Shown here one piece after another: positions 36,519 through 45,390 of a DNA stretch of 62,036 nt. Source of the stretch: Candidatus Hermodarchaeota archaeon (GTDB lineage Archaea > Asgardarchaeota > Hermodarchaeia > Hermodarchaeales > Hermodarchaeaceae). The number at the start of each line of letters is the position of its first letter. The stretch's first letter is position 1. The notes under the pieces were generated by a model. That model saw only the letters and a list, made by a program, of their open reading frames with translations. It was not told where the DNA came from and did no database searches. The stretch is taken from contig JAEOSX010000188.1 in assembly GCA_016840135.1 (NCBI GenBank), positions 1-62,036 of the forward strand, read 5' to 3'. The position numbers and the translations under genes were made by a program.

Positions 36519-39500
36519 TTATGATGGGGCCTCCTGGCTAGTAACGAAGCGGAGAGAGCCGCCAGTTAGGACATTATAGTTATTAGCAAATGCGTTAAGC
36601 GTCGTCAAGCATGTTTGGTAGGTGATTTGGTGATCACTGAACTCGGCTTCCTCTACTCCTCTGATAAAGACCTGCATGCTTGTTGTATCTAACCCTCCTT
36701 GGGCGGTTGTGAGGTTGGCGTATTCACGGAGCGTCATGTTGGGGTCTCGAAAGATTCCGAGCTTGCCTTGCACGATTGTTTCGAACATTCTGAAGGCGTA
36801 GAGGATGCTTTCTCTGTACTTTTGGTCACCGAGGAGCTGGCGGAGCTCAGATAGCATTGCTGCCGCGTCCACTGAAGGGGCCCCTCTAGAACTCCGAGGA
36901 CCTCGTCCTCGAAGTCGACGAAATATAACAACTGCTATAATAGCTACGATGGCTACGATTACGATGATTATAATATATTCAATAGGGATTGGAAATTGCA
37001 TTATTATCTCTGCCTCGATTAAGATAAATTCTTGATCTGATGAAATTGTTATGACTGTTTCGTGCTGAAGTTGAATAGGATAGCTAATGACCTGAGGTGA
37101 CCCTGGTGGTAATTGAAGCGTGAAGCTTACCTGCCCTTGATTGTCTGTACTTCCTGAAAACAGTACTGTTTCACTGGAAACGAGAAGGATTTCCCGGTTT
37201 GATAAGGGTCGACCAAAACTGTCCCTCAAAATTCCGTTAACGTTGATAATAGTTCCTCCTGGATGGGGTCCATTATCCACATTAATTATTAGCGTGGCAT
37301 TTACGAAAACATCAAGTGTTTGTGATGCATTAATGGATCCGTAATATATGTCGCCTTTGTAATCTACAGTGAAGTTGACAGATGATACGGTAACAGGGAT
37401 GCTTGCTGGCAGTGTTGAAGTGAATTGGAATACACCATTCGTTTGAGTAAAAGTCGAGCCTAATGGGATAATTGTAGTATCATAAGATATTTCGGCAGAC
37501 ACATTTGCACTAGATATTGATCCTTGTTGATCGTCGATAAGTTGACCTGTAAAAATAACGCCCTCCTCGATACGGGCTTGAGTCGAGTTGAATTGTAGGT
37601 TAATTACTTGTGTTGTCGAATTAATGCTGAAATAATCAGTAGTGCTCTGAACTTGAAGTGTTGCACTGACCACATCACCAGTCACTTCAAATAACCCCAC
37701 AGGCTGGCTTGTCGACACTTGATGCCAATAATCAATTCCACCACTAGTGTTCGTTGTGGTCGTGGCGATAAGGCTTCCATTGAAGAAGATATTGACAGTG
37801 ACGCCTCCTTGAGGCTGCCCAGTGGAGTTTTCGACCCAACCAGTAAACTGAACCCAATTTCCGCGTTGTGTCAAATCATCTCCGTCATCATCATCAATAA
37901 GGACAACGATTGTACCTTCGTCGTGGATTCGAACAGGAGCGGTTCTCCTAGAGCCGTAAATATTCGTTCCACCAGAGTATTGTGCCTCAACGGTTGCTTG
38001 GCCAAGAGTTGTTGCGTTATGGTCATAGAGAAAGTTCCCACTGCTATCTGTGATTACTCCTCCTAGTGGTGTTCCATTCCAGAAAAGTTGAACAGTGGCT
38101 CCAGTGATTGCTGAACCATTTTCAAAACGTAATTGCCCAGATATACTTACATTACTGTTCACGCGTGCAGCATTGGGTACTGCCTGTACGGAGAGTTGGG
38201 ATTGAGCCGTGATGTTTAGTATTTGTGGAAGACTCACTACTGGATCAATCACCCCAGGTAGGCTAAACACAGCGAAGGCAGTCGCGGTTCCAAGTGGATG
38301 GTGGCCTTGAGGGATAGAGTAGAATGTGGAGTATATTCCTTTTTCATCAGTGAGCTCACTAATGGCTGCTTGAGCGTTGATGAAAATACTGATTTCGGTT
38401 AGCAGCGTCTCATATTGTGAAATTCCCCTTCCATTCACCGCGTCGGTGAGAGTGCCATTAAACAGAATCAGTGATGTACGATTGAGCTCTAGGGGTGAGG
38501 CAGAGAAGGTGAGATTTGCGGAACCGTGAAGTCCGATGACGGAATATTCATTCTTTCCGTGGGAATATACGCGAAGAATGTGCCCCCCAACAATTGCTGA
38601 ATCATTGTAAGTGAAGCTAATTGCTGCATCCCCAGTTGCAGATGTAGTGTTGGTACCCAGCAGCCAATTTTCTGTATCATCCCAAAACTCAACAGTTTCC
38701 CCTGTAGAAGGTGCCCCATCCTTTGTGAGTGTGGCTTCTACTTGGAACTGGACACCTCGGTCCACGATTGGAGTGGGTACATTGATGGTAAGATCGTAAT
38801 ATGTACTGACAACATAAGGGTCTCGCGCAGGCGGGTTTCCGGTGATTAAGCTAGGTAGAGGTGTAGGCTCGAACTGTAGCCAATAACCTTCTGAACTACT
38901 AGTCGGGATGTAGGCTTCTACCCAGAAATGTAAATGCATGAACTGTAAATCCCGCTGACTACCGTCTGGTTCACCTAAAATCGCCCCAAAAACTGGGCGC
39001 GCAGCGATGCCCTGCTTTCGAAGAAACATGGTATAGACTGTAGCAAAATCTTGACCGATTCCTGTTTCTCCTGCTAGAAACCATTCGACACATTCAGAGG
39101 AGCCAGGTCTTTCCGCATAAAGATCAAAGGTGAAGGATTCCTTGAAATATTCTAGTATAGCGTATGCTTGTTCAAAGGCGTTGTCTGGGACCCCAGCTAG
39201 GATTGTGTCAAGTCTGTTCTGAATATTTGTTAGAGTAGAAGCACTTAGTTGGTCTAAACCTTGAGTCTGATAAAAACTCAAGCTGGAAGGTGTATTAACG
39301 GCAGAAACAGCTTGGGGCCTGATAAGGGTCCAATTAATAGTGGAGTCATAAGTAACTTGGTATGTTAGCTCTGAAGTAGTGTTTGTATCGAATAGCCCAT
39401 TAAGTATTGTACTATCATACCGGTCTGTTTCAAGATCATAGGGCTGTTGTAGATGAGCAGAAGCCACAGAATCGGGAATAATCCAAGGGTCAGGCCAAAG

Positions 39501-39953
39501 GGAAAATAATGGCAGGGACCCGCCGAGACCATGTGTTATATTCATCGTGACAGTATAGATGGTATCGCCTGCACCTGCACGTTCTGCTAATGGGATGGTT
39601 GTGGAGTTATCCTTCCCCCAGTTTGAGCCTGATCCCGAGGTGAAGGAGTATGTATCATAGGCTGTCCTTTTCCAGTATCGAGGCGGTTCTGCTGGTGATA
39701 CTAAAGCAATGGTTTCAAAGGGATTAATATCCCACGGTAAATCGAATGGGACATCATCCAAAGTAATGTTAATGAGAAGGGCGTCATCACCAGTGGTATT
39801 CACTGTTACCCCCGCTCCGAAAGAGGGAACGTCATCGTAGGGCTCGTCCCTAGGGATTGGCAGTAGTAATAGTGGTGGAAGTATGAAAGACAAAATCAAG
39901 ATAGCAATTATTGCAGCTGAAATAATCGAAAAGATGGTTTTCTTTGAAACCAT
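36519..39953 (-). CDS. giant surface protein: TM - transglutaminase-like core (Cys and Asp substituted) - Ig-like repeats - TM - DUF4129-like tail
   Basis: Residues 298-366 align to the transglutaminase-like core (G-I-G-Q-D-F-A....RKQGIAARPVFG...HFWVEAY...FEPTP). It has a long beta-rich, sequon-rich ectodomain, a TM helix IIIIVIVAIVAIIAVVIF, and a C-terminal LREYANL...FIRGVEEAEFSDH. Confidence 0.7.
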   Translation of the reverse strand: MVSKKTIFSIISAAIIAILILSFILPPLLLLPIPRDEPYDDVPSFGAGVTVNTTGDDALLINITLDDVPFDLPWDINPFETIALVSPAEPPRYWKRTAYDTYSFTSGSGSNWGKDNSTTIPLAERAGAGDTIYTVTMNITHGLGGSLPLFSLWPDPWIIPDSVASAHLQQPYDLETDRYDSTILNGLFDTNTTSELTYQVTYDSTINWTLIRPQAVSAVNTPSSLSFYQTQGLDQLSASTLTNIQNRLDTILAGVPDNAFEQAYAILEYFKESFTFDLYAERPGSSECVEWFLAGETGIGQDFATVYTMFLRKQGIAARPVFGAILGEPDGSQRDLQFMHLHFWVEAYIPTSSSEGYWLQFEPTPLPSLITGNPPARDPYVVSTYYDLTINVPTPIVDRGVQFQVEATLTKDGAPSTGETVEFWDDTENWLLGTNTTSATGDAAISFTYNDSAIVGGHILRVYSHGKNEYSVIGLHGSANLTFSASPLELNRTSLILFNGTLTDAVNGRGISQYETLLTEISIFINAQAAISELTDEKGIYSTFYSIPQGHHPLGTATAFAVFSLPGVIDPVVSLPQILNITAQSQLSVQAVPNAARVNSNVSISGQLRFENGSAITGATVQLFWNGTPLGGVITDSSGNFLYDHNATTLGQATVEAQYSGGTNIYGSRRTAPVRIHDEGTIVVLIDDDDGDDLTQRGNWVQFTGWVENSTGQPQGGVTVNIFFNGSLIATTTTNTSGGIDYWHQVSTSQPVGLFEVTGDVVSATLQVQSTTDYFSINSTTQVINLQFNSTQARIEEGVIFTGQLIDDQQGSISSANVSAEISYDTTIIPLGSTFTQTNGVFQFTSTLPASIPVTVSSVNFTVDYKGDIYYGSINASQTLDVFVNATLIINVDNGPHPGGTIINVNGILRDSFGRPLSNREILLVSSETVLFSGSTDNQGQVSFTLQLPPGSPQVISYPIQLQHETVITISSDQEFILIEAEIIMQFPIPIEYIIIIVIVAIVAIIAVVIFRRLRGRGPRSSRGAPSVDAAAMLSELRQLLGDQKYRESILYAFRMFETIVQGKLGIFRDPNMTLREYANLTTAQGGLDTTSMQVFIRGVEEAEFSDHQITYQTCLTTLNAFANNYNVLTGGSLRFVTSQEAPS

Positions 39954-40176
39954 TATACAAACGCCACCTGATTTTAGTTAGTGAGCCAACAAAAAGTTTT
40001 GGTTAACTCTTATTTGGGTACTCTTTCTTTGAGGATTTCCACTTTTTAAGGGCAAAATTCAATTAATAGTAAGATTAGAAAGCAAAGGGGGCTTTACTCT
40101 GCAAGAATTCTGGCGCGAGTTATGGCAACAAATCAACAATCGGCAGCAGTCCTATGTCTCCGAAGCTGAGCTGCGA

Positions 40177-40803
40177 TTGAGCGGTTTGTTGTCTTCACCT
40201 ACTTCAGAAGTAGCTTATTCAAAGTTGGGGAAGTATCTGCAGGAAAGTTGGCGCCTTCGAAACGTGAGTATGATGACTGACGCGTTGGTCGCTACTCTTG
40301 TATGCGCAGAGTTCTATTGGCATGAAAATCGATTCACACGAGCGTCGGGGCTCCTTCTTGAAGCTAGCGATTTATTTTATCTCCTAGATAAATGCTCTAC
40401 TAGCCAGCAATGCATAACTACCGCCCTCCACCTAGCTGTGCAAGGACAACCCACACATTGGTGGGAATTCGATATCATAGCTAATTCAATATTATTCTCC
40501 GCTTGCTTGTCCCTTATCGAGAACCCAGAGAATCTTGCAAAGCAATTCCACGATTTAAGGGCATCCATACCTGAACGAATCCGCAAGCGACTTGGTCGAG
40601 AAGATGCCTATCGAGTGACTCTCTTCCTTCGCCGAGCAACGCGCCTTCAAGCGCTAACGCCAATAACCACCTTGGACACCATGTCAACACTCCGCAGCAG
40701 CTCTGACTTCTCCACATTATATGATTATCTAACTGGTCACGCTGAACGATATGCATTGATTCGAGACGGTCTTACCGCATTGCGACGGAGAACACTAACG
40801 TAG
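40177..40803 (+). CDS. hypothetical protein (helical, no recognised motif)
   Basis: Open frame with a TTG start. The start is uncertain and no family was recognised. Confidence 0.35.
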   Translation: MSGLLSSPTSEVAYSKLGKYLQESWRLRNVSMMTDALVATLVCAEFYWHENRFTRASGLLLEASDLFYLLDKCSTSQQCITTALHLAVQGQPTHWWEFDIIANSILFSACLSLIENPENLAKQFHDLRASIPERIRKRLGREDAYRVTLFLRRATRLQALTPITTLDTMSTLRSSSDFSTLYDYLTGHAERYALIRDGLTALRRRTLT

Positions 40804-40888
40804 GAGAGTTTACTACTAATCTGCTGAAACATAGAAAAAACTGTTAAGCCTCCCACGTCTGTCAAATCAATACAAGGAGTCATCCAGC

Positions 40889-42715
40889 TTGTGCGGAATT
40901 TTCGCCGTCACATCAAATCGACGCAAAGATATTGGTAAAATCCTCGTTGAAGGTGCTGAAAAGCTCACCTATCGGGGGTATGATACGGTTGGCATTGCTA
41001 CAGTCCATAAAAGTAGGATTCTACTAAGAAAGGATAAGGGGAGGATAGAGGAAGTTGCTGAAAAGTTACGCCTTGCAGAGATGCCTGGTCACAAGGGAAT
41101 CGCTCAATTACGTTGGGCTACCTTCGGCGCGCCTAGCAAAATTAATGCTCAACCTCACTTTGATTGTGATAAAGATATAGCAGGTGCACATAACGGCAAC
41201 ATCGTGAATTATCTGCCGCTGCGTGAACAGTACACGAATGAGGGGCATAACATCCGGAGTATGAATGATGGCGAAATATGTGTTCACGCTGTGGAAAGAT
41301 ACTATGATAAAATCGGAGACATGGTTGAGGCAATCCGGAAGGGATGCGGGGATCTTCGTGGTGACTATGCATTTGCTATTATGCACAAGGACGACGATAA
41401 GGTCTACGCGGTGAAAATGGGATCCAGTCTCTTCGCAGGCATTGGTGAAGGAGAAACGTGTGTAAGTAGCGATCTTCCTAGTATATTACCTGTCACTCGT
41501 AACATTGTTAACGTTCATGACGGGGAATTACTAATTCTAAGCCCTGAAAGCATAGAAATTCGACAGATTAGCGATAACTCTGTTGTTGAACGGAAACCCT
41601 ATGTTTCAGATGCAGATATTCGTGTTGCCCAAAAGGGGGGCTATCCTCATTTTATGCTCAAAGAAATCTATGAGCAGGTGAGCAGTGCTAGAAGCCTCTT
41701 TAACGCGGTTCGTGAACCATATATCACGAATTTCGAACAGGAACTTGTTGATGCCAAGCGTGTATTCTTTGTAGGGTGCGGTTCTAGTTATCATGCTACA
41801 TACGTAGGAAGCTATTATTTCAACGATTTAGCTGGTATATCCGCGATTCCAGTTGTTGGAGGACAGTTTATCTCCCAATACGGGCAAAGTGTCCGAGATG
41901 GCGATGTTGTAGTATGTGTAAGTCAAAGTGGGGAAACAAAAGACATCATCGATGTGGTCCATCACTGCAAAGAACGCAATGCTCGAATACTTAGTATAGT
42001 CAACGTACTGGGATCTACACTCACGCATCTAAGTGATATCTACCTACCCTTAGGATGTGGCTTTGAGATAAGCGTTCCCGCTACAAAGACGTACACAAGC
42101 CAAGTTGCCCTCTTTGCGTACATCGCTGTCCGTATCGGGATGCGGCAAGGCTTCCTCGCAAAGGATGAGGGTGGCGTGTTTCTTGATGAACTCCAGACCC
42201 AACTACCTGCTCTTCTGGAACAGACTATCGCCACAACAACAGTGAAGGCACGTAGCCTCGCTCCTTATCTCGACCAATTCTCCCATTTCTATGTGTTAGG
42301 CTATGGTCTCACCCATGGTGTCGCCCTAGAAGGTGCATTAAAAATCAAGGAAGTCTGTTACATCGTGGCTGACGGGATGTACTCCAGCGAGTTCAAGCAC
42401 GGCCCTCTTAGCATTGTTAGTGAAGGTTATCCCATCATCTTCACCGTTGCACCCAATGACGCTGAACACCTTGTCAATCATCTGTCTGAGGTCGAATGCC
42501 GTGGAGCACGAATTATATTGACTGCAGAGGAAAACTCGTTGCTTCGTCGCTATGTCGCTGAAAAAGATTACCTTACTGTTCCCTCCTCTAGCCATTATCT
42601 AAGCCCAATACTCCAGGCAATTCCACTTCAATTAATAGCCTATCACTTGGCGGTATTCAAAAAAATCGATCCAGACTATCCTAGAAATATAAGCAAAACA
42701 CTGACAGTACGTTAA
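40889..42715 (+). CDS. glmS: glutamine-fructose-6-phosphate aminotransferase (isomerising)
   Basis: MCGIFAV Ntn nucleophile, two SIS domains (GCGSSYHA, VSQSGETKD), and a C-terminal ...LAVFKKIDPDYPRNISKTLTV. Confidence 0.95.
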   Translation: MCGIFAVTSNRRKDIGKILVEGAEKLTYRGYDTVGIATVHKSRILLRKDKGRIEEVAEKLRLAEMPGHKGIAQLRWATFGAPSKINAQPHFDCDKDIAGAHNGNIVNYLPLREQYTNEGHNIRSMNDGEICVHAVERYYDKIGDMVEAIRKGCGDLRGDYAFAIMHKDDDKVYAVKMGSSLFAGIGEGETCVSSDLPSILPVTRNIVNVHDGELLILSPESIEIRQISDNSVVERKPYVSDADIRVAQKGGYPHFMLKEIYEQVSSARSLFNAVREPYITNFEQELVDAKRVFFVGCGSSYHATYVGSYYFNDLAGISAIPVVGGQFISQYGQSVRDGDVVVCVSQSGETKDIIDVVHHCKERNARILSIVNVLGSTLTHLSDIYLPLGCGFEISVPATKTYTSQVALFAYIAVRIGMRQGFLAKDEGGVFLDELQTQLPALLEQTIATTTVKARSLAPYLDQFSHFYVLGYGLTHGVALEGALKIKEVCYIVADGMYSSEFKHGPLSIVSEGYPIIFTVAPNDAEHLVNHLSEVECRGARIILTAEENSLLRRYVAEKDYLTVPSSSHYLSPILQAIPLQLIAYHLAVFKKIDPDYPRNISKTLTVR

Positions 42716-43512
42716 CGACGATGAACCTTACCTTCGTACAATTCTAGATGGAATAGTTCTAACGCGTTCTTTGTAGTATTCTTGGCAACGGACTCTTCCG
42801 TTGTCTCTTGGAGTTCTGCAATCTTGGTTACTGCAAAGGGAAGGTTTGCAGGCTCATTTTGTTGACGGGGTTGGGGTGCTAACCAAGGTGCGTCTGTCTC
42901 TAGAAGCATATTAGTTAGAGGCATTGTTTTTGCTATTCGCTGCATTCGTCGTCTGGAGACAACACTGGTGGGTACGCTCATATACCAATTTTGAGAAGCA
43001 GCTTCTACAACAAGGCTTGGATCGTTGAAACAATGAAGTTGCACACGAGTCACGTGCTCTTCTTTTAGTATGCGAATTGCGTCCGCTTCCGCTTCTCGAG
43101 AATGGACCACTAAGGGGAGTTCTAGTTCGTCTGCTAATCGTATAAATTCAATGAAGTGACGTCGCTGTAATTCGCGTTTGTGTTCTTCCTTCACCCAATA
43201 ATAATCCAGCCCTACTTCGCCGATGGCCAGAATACGCTCAGAATGCTCGCGGATAAGGCGCATACATTGTTTGACAGTTCTAGGTGTTGTCCTTGGTGGA
43301 TGAAGGCCCAACGTTGTCCATATAAAGCCAGGAAACCGTTCTGTTAAATCAATTGCCTTCGTAAAGAATTTCGGCTCAATCGGGCTCACCACAACACCAA
43401 TCACACCTGCTTCTTTTGCCCGCTTCACAATTGTTGCAGCACTCGGATAGAGTCTCGGCATTTCAATGTGTGAATGGCTATCAAAGAGATTCAAAGCGAG
43501 TGCACCTTTCAC
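42712..43512 (-). CDS. TatD-family metal-dependent hydrolase
   Basis: FDSHSHIE, IGEVGLDYYW, VVHSREA, ETDAPWL. Confidence 0.85.
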   Translation of the reverse strand: MKGALALNLFDSHSHIEMPRLYPSAATIVKRAKEAGVIGVVVSPIEPKFFTKAIDLTERFPGFIWTTLGLHPPRTTPRTVKQCMRLIREHSERILAIGEVGLDYYWVKEEHKRELQRRHFIEFIRLADELELPLVVHSREAEADAIRILKEEHVTRVQLHCFNDPSLVVEAASQNWYMSVPTSVVSRRRMQRIAKTMPLTNMLLETDAPWLAPQPRQQNEPANLPFAVTKIAELQETTEESVAKNTTKNALELFHLELYEGKVHRR

Positions 43513-43580
43513 TGATAGCGAATCTACGAACGATTGAAAAGGTTTTGCCTACTATTACGGTCAGATGCGATGTGAAATGA

Positions 43581-43874
43581 ATGGCTGAAACAAAGCCTAC
43601 CGTAACAGTGCGTCTATTCACAGTTCTCCGTATGCTTGCAGGTGAAAGGGAGGTCCAAGTAGAAGCCCTCAATGTGAAAGAGGTAATCGTTCTGCTTGTG
43701 GAACGTTTCGATTCAAAATTCCAGAAAATGCTCCTCGAAAAAGACGGGTCTTTAAAACACTATTTCCATGTCCTAATAAATGGGCGCCACATCCGGTTAC
43801 TGGATGGTATCCAAACTTCACTTAAAGAGGGAGATATTATAGCGATATTTCCCCCATTAGGTGGTGGTTACTAG
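43581..43874 (+). CDS. MoaD/ThiS-family ubiquitin-like small protein with C-terminal ...PPLGGGY
   Basis: 97 aa. VLINGRHI...LKEGDIIAIFPPLGGGY matches the beta-grasp MoaD/SAMP pattern, but a Tyr follows the glycines. Confidence 0.7.
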   Translation: MAETKPTVTVRLFTVLRMLAGEREVQVEALNVKEVIVLLVERFDSKFQKMLLEKDGSLKHYFHVLINGRHIRLLDGIQTSLKEGDIIAIFPPLGGGY

Positions 43875-43898
43875 AAGTAACAGTTAACCTTTCTTAAC

Positions 43899-44663
43899 CT
43901 ATTGCTTCATCTTTGCCCTTCGAATAGCTTGGATTGTTTGGGATAAGGATTTACTCCCGTCCTTTCGGAGGGTTTTCTCGACAATGGTTCCTTGTACAAT
44001 AATATCAGCTCCAGCTGCAGCGACTGCCGCAGCTTCTTCAGCCGTTGTGATTCCTCCTCCAACTGCAAGTGGAATATCAATATACTTTGAAACAGTCTTC
44101 ACTATAGGAAGAGGAACAGCATTATCAGCTCCTGAACCCGCTTCCAGGTATACAAAACTGAAACCCATGTATTGGGCTGCTAGTGCATAGCCAAGGGCAA
44201 TCTCAGGCTTATCCCTAGGTATCAACCGAGCGTCTCCAACAAATCCTGCAGTTCCCCCAGGGTCTACAATTAAGTAAGCCATAGATATCGGTTCAAGGTT
44301 GAATTCCTTGATGTAACGGGCACCCAAAGTCTGTACGCCGGTAATCCAGTATGTATTCCGGGAATTAAGCAGACTCATGAAGAAAACTGCATCAGCGAAG
44401 CGCGACAGCCCAGAAACATTTCCAGGAAAGAGGATGACAGGAATCTTTACTTGTTGCTTAATCAATTGAAGGGTCTCATCAATTATACCAAAAGCAGTAG
44501 ACCCTCCAACCATAATTCCATTAGACCCTGCTTGCTCCGCTAGTTTAGCAATTTGCGCTGCGTTTTTAGGAGTTTGTTTTTGGGGATCAGGATCTATGAG
44601 CGTTAGATGAACTATCCCATGCTCGTTTAAGACTCTGAGTAGAGTATTCCATGTTGTGTTCAT
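43899..44663 (-). CDS. geranylgeranylglyceryl phosphate synthase (GGGPS/PcrB family)
   Basis: HLTLIDPD, GIMVGGS, VYLEAGSGA and LAVGGGI motifs of the TIM-barrel GGGPS. Confidence 0.85.
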   Translation of the reverse strand: MNTTWNTLLRVLNEHGIVHLTLIDPDPQKQTPKNAAQIAKLAEQAGSNGIMVGGSTAFGIIDETLQLIKQQVKIPVILFPGNVSGLSRFADAVFFMSLLNSRNTYWITGVQTLGARYIKEFNLEPISMAYLIVDPGGTAGFVGDARLIPRDKPEIALGYALAAQYMGFSFVYLEAGSGADNAVPLPIVKTVSKYIDIPLAVGGGITTAEEAAAVAAAGADIIVQGTIVEKTLRKDGSKSLSQTIQAIRRAKMKQ

Positions 44664-44709
44664 GTATAATCTAACTTCGTCTTTGGTACTCTGATGGTTT
44701 ATAAATCTG

Positions 44710-45390
44710 CTAGACCCACTGCCCTAGAAGCTTAGTTATGCCTGGCGGGAGCTTCACAATACCTTTCTCCCAGTTAACAGTAATCATTTTTCTTAGTTCA
44801 AACCAGCGTAGATAGTTTCTAAGTTTTTGTTCTTTTGTTCCCAGACGCTTTGCTAATGCCGCGAACCCCTTTCCTCCTGCCTCCTCAAAGGCGCGTAGTA
44901 GGGGGCTCCACTCATAGACAACTAACATCACTATCGATGTTAATACTTTCTCAACATTGTCGCCTTCTAAAGCGCTGGTCGGGATTACTGGGATTCCCAC
45001 CATGAAGCTCAAATCATCACGAAGTTTGTCTGGTGCTCTTGCCTTTCTCAAATCAAGTTTATTCGCGGTTATAATGCAAGGAACCCCGGGCATCATGTCG
45101 CTGATTTCAGTCCAGATATAACGTGCTTCAGCATCGTCATCTGGGTTACTTGCATCTACTACAAAGAGTAGACCGTCAGCACCCTCAGAGAGAATGCGAC
45201 GGAGTGTTTTGAAGCGAGCAAGTCCGGGTGTTCCAAAAAGACGAATTGGAATCCCAAGAACATCAGCAATTCCATGATCAAGTCCTACGGTCGCGCCGTC
45301 TACTTCGACGCTTATGACGTTCCCTTTAACAAGTTGCTGAATAAGTGTGCTTTTTCCTGACAAGTGAGGTCCAGTGACTAAAATCTTCAA
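44710..45390 (-). CDS. COG2229-type small GTPase with a C-terminal wHTH-like extension
   Basis: G1 GPHLSGKST, G3 FGTPGLARF, G4 ANKLD, G5 TSALEG. The C-terminal ~75 aa (FAALAKRLGTKEQKLRNYLRWFELRKMI) look wHTH-like. Confidence 0.7.
   Translation of the reverse strand: MKILVTGPHLSGKSTLIQQLVKGNVISVEVDGATVGLDHGIADVLGIPIRLFGTPGLARFKTLRRILSEGADGLLFVVDASNPDDDAEARYIWTEISDMMPGVPCIITANKLDLRKARAPDKLRDDLSFMVGIPVIPTSALEGDNVEKVLTSIVMLVVYEWSPLLRAFEEAGGKGFAALAKRLGTKEQKLRNYLRWFELRKMITVNWEKGIVKLPPGITKLLGQWV

Noticed and set aside
36519-39953. Interpreting the 1144-aa protein as an active transglutaminase or protease.
   Set aside because: The nucleophile position of the G-x-C-x-x-F-A motif is Gly and the Asp position is Glu (read directly from the sequence), so an enzymatic call is not supported.
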